Below, piece by piece: positions 6,175 to 8,860 of a stretch of DNA of 8,860 nucleotides (its first letter is position 1; each line of letters begins with the position of its first letter). The stretch is from Clostridia bacterium. Its GTDB lineage: Bacteria > Bacillota > Clostridia > Christensenellales > Aristaeellaceae. A program made the position numbers and the translations under genes. The notes below the pieces were generated by a model. The model searched no databases. It was not told where the DNA came from and worked only from the letters and a program-made list of their open reading frames with translations. Where the stretch lies: contig JAUNDF010000022.1 in the NCBI GenBank assembly GCA_030526225.1, positions 1 through 8,860 on the forward strand, read 5' to 3'.

Positions 6175-7779
6175 ATGAATACATTAAGCATTACCGTCAA
6201 TAACGTTTCCCTCACCTTCGGCGGACAGAAGCTGTTCTCCGGTGCGGATTTGAAGTTCATGTCCGGCAACTGCTACGGTGTCATCGGCGCCAACGGTGCC
6301 GGCAAGTCCACCTTCCTGCGCATCCTCTCCGGTGAGCTGGAGCCCACCACCGGCAATGTGTTTATCCAGCCCGGCCTGCGCATGTCCACCCTGAAGCAGG
6401 ACCAGTTCAAGTACGACGAATTCAACGTGATGGATACGGTCATCATGGGCAACCAGCGCCTGTACGACATCATGCAGGAAAAGGATGCCCTGTATGCCAA
6501 GCCCGACTTCAGCGATGAAGACGGCGTGAAGGCTGCCGAGCTGGAGGGCGAATTTGCCGAGATGAACGGCTGGGAGGCCGAGAGCGATGCCGCCACCCTG
6601 CTGACCGGTCTGGGTCTGCCCGCCGACATGCACTACAGCCAGATGGCCGACCTGAAGGGCGGCGAAAAGTTCAAGGTGCTGCTGGCACAGGCACTGTTCG
6701 GCAACCCCGACATCCTGCTGCTGGACGAACCTACCAACAACCTTGACAACAAGTCCGTTGCATGGCTGGAGGATTTCCTGATGGACTTCCCCGGCACCCT
6801 GATTGTGGTGTCCCATGACCGCTGGTTCCTCAACAACGTATGTACCCACATTGTGGATATCGACTTCAATCAGGTCAAGCTGTACGTGGGCAACTATGAC
6901 TTCTGGTACGAATCCTCCCAGATGATGAAGCAGCTGATGAATGACCAGAAGAAGCGCCGCGAGGACAAAATCAAGGAGCTGCAGGACTTCATCCAGCGCT
7001 TCTCCGCCAACAAGTCCAAGGCCAAGCAGGCCACCAGCCGCCGCAAGCTGCTCGACCAGCTGACCATGGAGGAAATGCCCGCTTCCTCCCGCCGCTATCC
7101 CTGGGTATGCTTCACCCCCGACCGCGAGGCCGGCAAGGACATCCTGACCGTGGAGGGCATCAACTACACCCAGGACGGCGTGCAGCTGCTGAAGGATGTT
7201 TCCTTCATCGTCACCAAGGGCCAGAAGATTGCGCTGGTGGGTGCCAACGAACAGGCACAGACCGCCCTGTTCCGCATCCTCACCGAGGAAATCCAGCCCG
7301 ACAGCGGCACCATCAAGTGGGGCGTAACCATCTCCACCAACTACTTCCCTAAGGACAACAGCGCCTACTTCGACGGCTGTGACCTGAACATGATGGAGTG
7401 GTTTGCCCAGTACAGCCCCGAGCAGCTGGAGACCTACATGCGCGGCTTCCTTGGCCGCATGCTCTTCAGCGGCGATGACGTGTACAAGAAGGTTTCCGTC
7501 CTCTCCGGCGGTGAGAAGGTCCGCTGCATGCTCTCCCGCATGATGCTCTCCGGCGCCAACTTCCTGATGCTGGACCAGCCCACCAACCACCTCGATCTGG
7601 AATCCATCACCGCCGTCAACAATGGCCTGATCAACTTCCCCGGCAACGTGATTTTCACCAGCCAGGACCACCAGTTCATCACCACCATTGCCGACCGCAT
7701 CATCGAAATCAAGCCCGACGGCACCATTGCCGATTATTACTGCAACTATGAGGAATACCTGGAAAAGGTGAAGGCTTAA
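6175..7779 (+). CDS. ABC-F family ATPase (YbiT-like translation factor type) with a degenerate second NBD
   Basis: 534 aa with two ABC NBDs and no TMD. NBD1 has GANGAGKS, ILLLDEPTNNLD and VSHDR. The inter-domain linker RFSANKSKAKQATSRRK is the typical ABC-F PtIM/linker. NBD2 has signature LSGGEKVR. The N-terminal half resembles my recollection of E. coli YbiT (GLIGANGSGKSTF..ILGG.LEPT.GNV...L.QDQF..EEF.V.DTVIMG). Stop is TAA. Confidence 0.92.
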   Translation: MNTLSITVNNVSLTFGGQKLFSGADLKFMSGNCYGVIGANGAGKSTFLRILSGELEPTTGNVFIQPGLRMSTLKQDQFKYDEFNVMDTVIMGNQRLYDIMQEKDALYAKPDFSDEDGVKAAELEGEFAEMNGWEAESDAATLLTGLGLPADMHYSQMADLKGGEKFKVLLAQALFGNPDILLLDEPTNNLDNKSVAWLEDFLMDFPGTLIVVSHDRWFLNNVCTHIVDIDFNQVKLYVGNYDFWYESSQMMKQLMNDQKKRREDKIKELQDFIQRFSANKSKAKQATSRRKLLDQLTMEEMPASSRRYPWVCFTPDREAGKDILTVEGINYTQDGVQLLKDVSFIVTKGQKIALVGANEQAQTALFRILTEEIQPDSGTIKWGVTISTNYFPKDNSAYFDGCDLNMMEWFAQYSPEQLETYMRGFLGRMLFSGDDVYKKVSVLSGGEKVRCMLSRMMLSGANFLMLDQPTNHLDLESITAVNNGLINFPGNVIFTSQDHQFITTIADRIIEIKPDGTIADYYCNYEEYLEKVKA

Positions 7780-7797
7780 GCCGGATTTCCTCCTTAT

Positions 7798-7821
7798 AAA
7801 ACACGCGATAAAAACACGCGA
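7798..7821. repeat. Tandem direct repeat AAAACACGCGA x2 (period 13) in the ABC-F/CpXC intergenic spacer
   Basis: Identical 11-mers at 7798-7808 and 7811-7821, immediately 5' of the CpXC gene SD (GGAGG 7823-7827). Confidence 0.5.
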
Positions 7822-7837
7822 AAGGAGGCTTGCGCTG

Positions 7838-8488
7838 ATGACGGAGCTTGACATCCCCTGCCCGCGCTGCGGCAACAAGCAGAGCTTCTGCTTTCACGAG
7901 ACCATCAACGTGCGCGAGCAGCCCGAGCTGAAGGCGCAGGTCATGGACGGCAGCATCTTCGACATGACCTGCGCGGTGTGCGGCAAGGTCAGCCGCATCG
8001 GTTATCCGCTGCTGTACCATGACCCGGACAGCTGCCTGATGGTTTTCATGGTGGACCCGGGCAACCGGGAGATGGCCATCGAAGCCATGCACAAGCTGAT
8101 TACCGTCCCCGAGGTGCAGATGGCGGTGGAGGATTACATGATTCGCGCCGTATCCCAGCCGCCCCATCTGGCGGAGAAAATCCTCCTCCGGGATGAAAAG
8201 CTGGATGACCGCACCGTGGAGCTGATGAAGCTGTCCCTGACGGCCCACGTGAAGGAACGCTTCGGTCAGGAGCCGGACGATATCGTGCTGGTGAAAACCG
8301 ACGATTTGCAGTTCTTCGTCATGCGCAGCCCCGACGGCATGCCGGACCTGTACCGCTTCTATCCCAAGGGCTATGTGGATACGGCCGCCAAGTATCAGGC
8401 CTTTTATCCCACCGACCCCGAGGAAAACCTGTTTATTGATGATGACTGGGCCTCGGCCTTCCTGACCCCTGCCGACATGCTCCAGTAA
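7838..8488 (+). CDS. CpXC domain-containing protein (zinc-ribbon-like, function unknown)
   Basis: 216 aa. N-terminal CPRCGN (Cys8/Cys11) and CAVCGK (Cys45/Cys48) give the two Cys pairs characteristic of the CpXC family as I recall it. GGAGG SD lies 10 nt upstream. Stop is TAA. No terminator lies between it and the ABC-F gene. Confidence 0.8.
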   Translation: MTELDIPCPRCGNKQSFCFHETINVREQPELKAQVMDGSIFDMTCAVCGKVSRIGYPLLYHDPDSCLMVFMVDPGNREMAIEAMHKLITVPEVQMAVEDYMIRAVSQPPHLAEKILLRDEKLDDRTVELMKLSLTAHVKERFGQEPDDIVLVKTDDLQFFVMRSPDGMPDLYRFYPKGYVDTAAKYQAFYPTDPEENLFIDDDWASAFLTPADMLQ

Positions 8489-8570
8489 ACAAGACCGGCC
8501 TTGTCAGCCCCCCTGGGGCAGCCGGATTCACCCGAATTTCAGCCCCGCGGCTGAAGGGAGGAGGAACAAC

Positions 8571-8860
8571 ATGGATCTGCTGAAAACCCTGATGCTCTAC
8601 CTGTCGCTGACGGTGGCCTCCACGGTGCAGGGTGCGCCTGCGCCGGTGCCCACCCCTGTGCCGACCCCATAGCCCACGCCGGTGGTGACCCCTGCCCCCA
8701 CGGATGTGCCCACCACTGCGGCCATCGAGGGCATCCCGACCCCTGCCCCCACGCAGGAATATGTGCCGGTCATCATCACCGCCACCCCTGTGCCTGCCCC
8801 CACCATGACGCCCAACCGCGCCTACCGCAACCTGAACCTGAAGGCCCGCGGTGACGATGT
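8571..8860 (+). pseudogene. Secreted Pro/Thr-rich protein, probably peptidoglycan-binding; interrupted by in-frame TAG at 8670-8672; 3' end outside the window
   Basis: GGGAGGAGG SD (8556-8564) lies 6 nt before ATG 8571. MDLLKTLMLYLSLTVASTVQG-APAP is a signal-peptide-like N-terminus. TAG follows codon 33. The same frame then stays open for 62 more codons (PTPVVTPAPTDVPTT...YRNLNLKARGDDV) to the window end. The final residues resemble the start of the PG_binding_1 repeats in the L,D-transpeptidase. Confidence 0.5.

Noticed and set aside
6057-6269. 70-aa minus-strand ORF spanning the divergent promoter region and the ABC-F start
   Set aside because: It overlaps the ABC-F SD and start codon and the promoter elements, and it has no SD or motifs.
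6184-7878. 564-aa minus-strand ORF antisense to the ABC-F gene, plus 6273-6629, 6633-6869, 7107-7352, 7434-7727 and 7709-8248
   Set aside because: The antisense or off-frame translation has no motifs, while the plus-strand frame shows textbook ABC-F and CpXC signatures.
8597-8815. 72-aa minus-strand ORF (Gly/Val/Thr-rich)
   Set aside because: It is the antisense reading of the Pro/Thr-rich linker of the plus-strand gene. It is low-complexity and has no SD.
1-8860. Mobile elements, CRISPR arrays, tRNA/rRNA genes and known defence or toxin systems
   Set aside because: I read both strands. There are no regularly spaced repeat-spacer arrays, no transposase, integrase or recombinase-like ORFs, no cloverleaf-like tRNA candidates, and no nuclease, helicase or methylase motifs.

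Overview
GC-rich chromosomal segment with Gram-positive-style expression signals: strong GGAGG-type Shine-Dalgarno sites and near-consensus -35/-10 promoters. It looks like a high-GC Firmicute, possibly Oscillospiraceae/Faecalibacterium-like, but that is a guess from sequence style only. Gene order: gltX (-) and glnS (-) as a tandem aminoacyl-tRNA synthetase operon; a small DUF3791-like gene (+); a 385-bp repeat-rich non-coding region; a secreted L,D-transpeptidase with four peptidoglycan-binding domains (-); then a likely same-strand operon of an ABC-F ATPase (+), a CpXC zinc-ribbon protein (+) and the 5' part of a secreted Pro/Thr-rich protein (+) running off the window. I see no rRNA, tRNA, CRISPR array, transposase, integrase or recognisable defence or toxin system, so most of the window is ordinary housekeeping and cell-wall content. 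Three things deserve a second look. (1) The ABC-F protein has every catalytic motif of its second nucleotide-binding domain substituted while the first domain is consensus. (2) The last gene has a good RBS and signal peptide but an in-frame TAG at 8670-8672, and the same frame stays open to the window end. (3) A modular GC-rich hairpin repeat (core CACCTTCCCCAGNGGGGAAGG) occurs three times in 3876-4184, with two copies forming a 140-bp palindromic composite around an AT-rich core. All long ORFs antisense to the real genes are GC-driven shadow ORFs. All homology calls come from motif recognition by eye; no searches were run.
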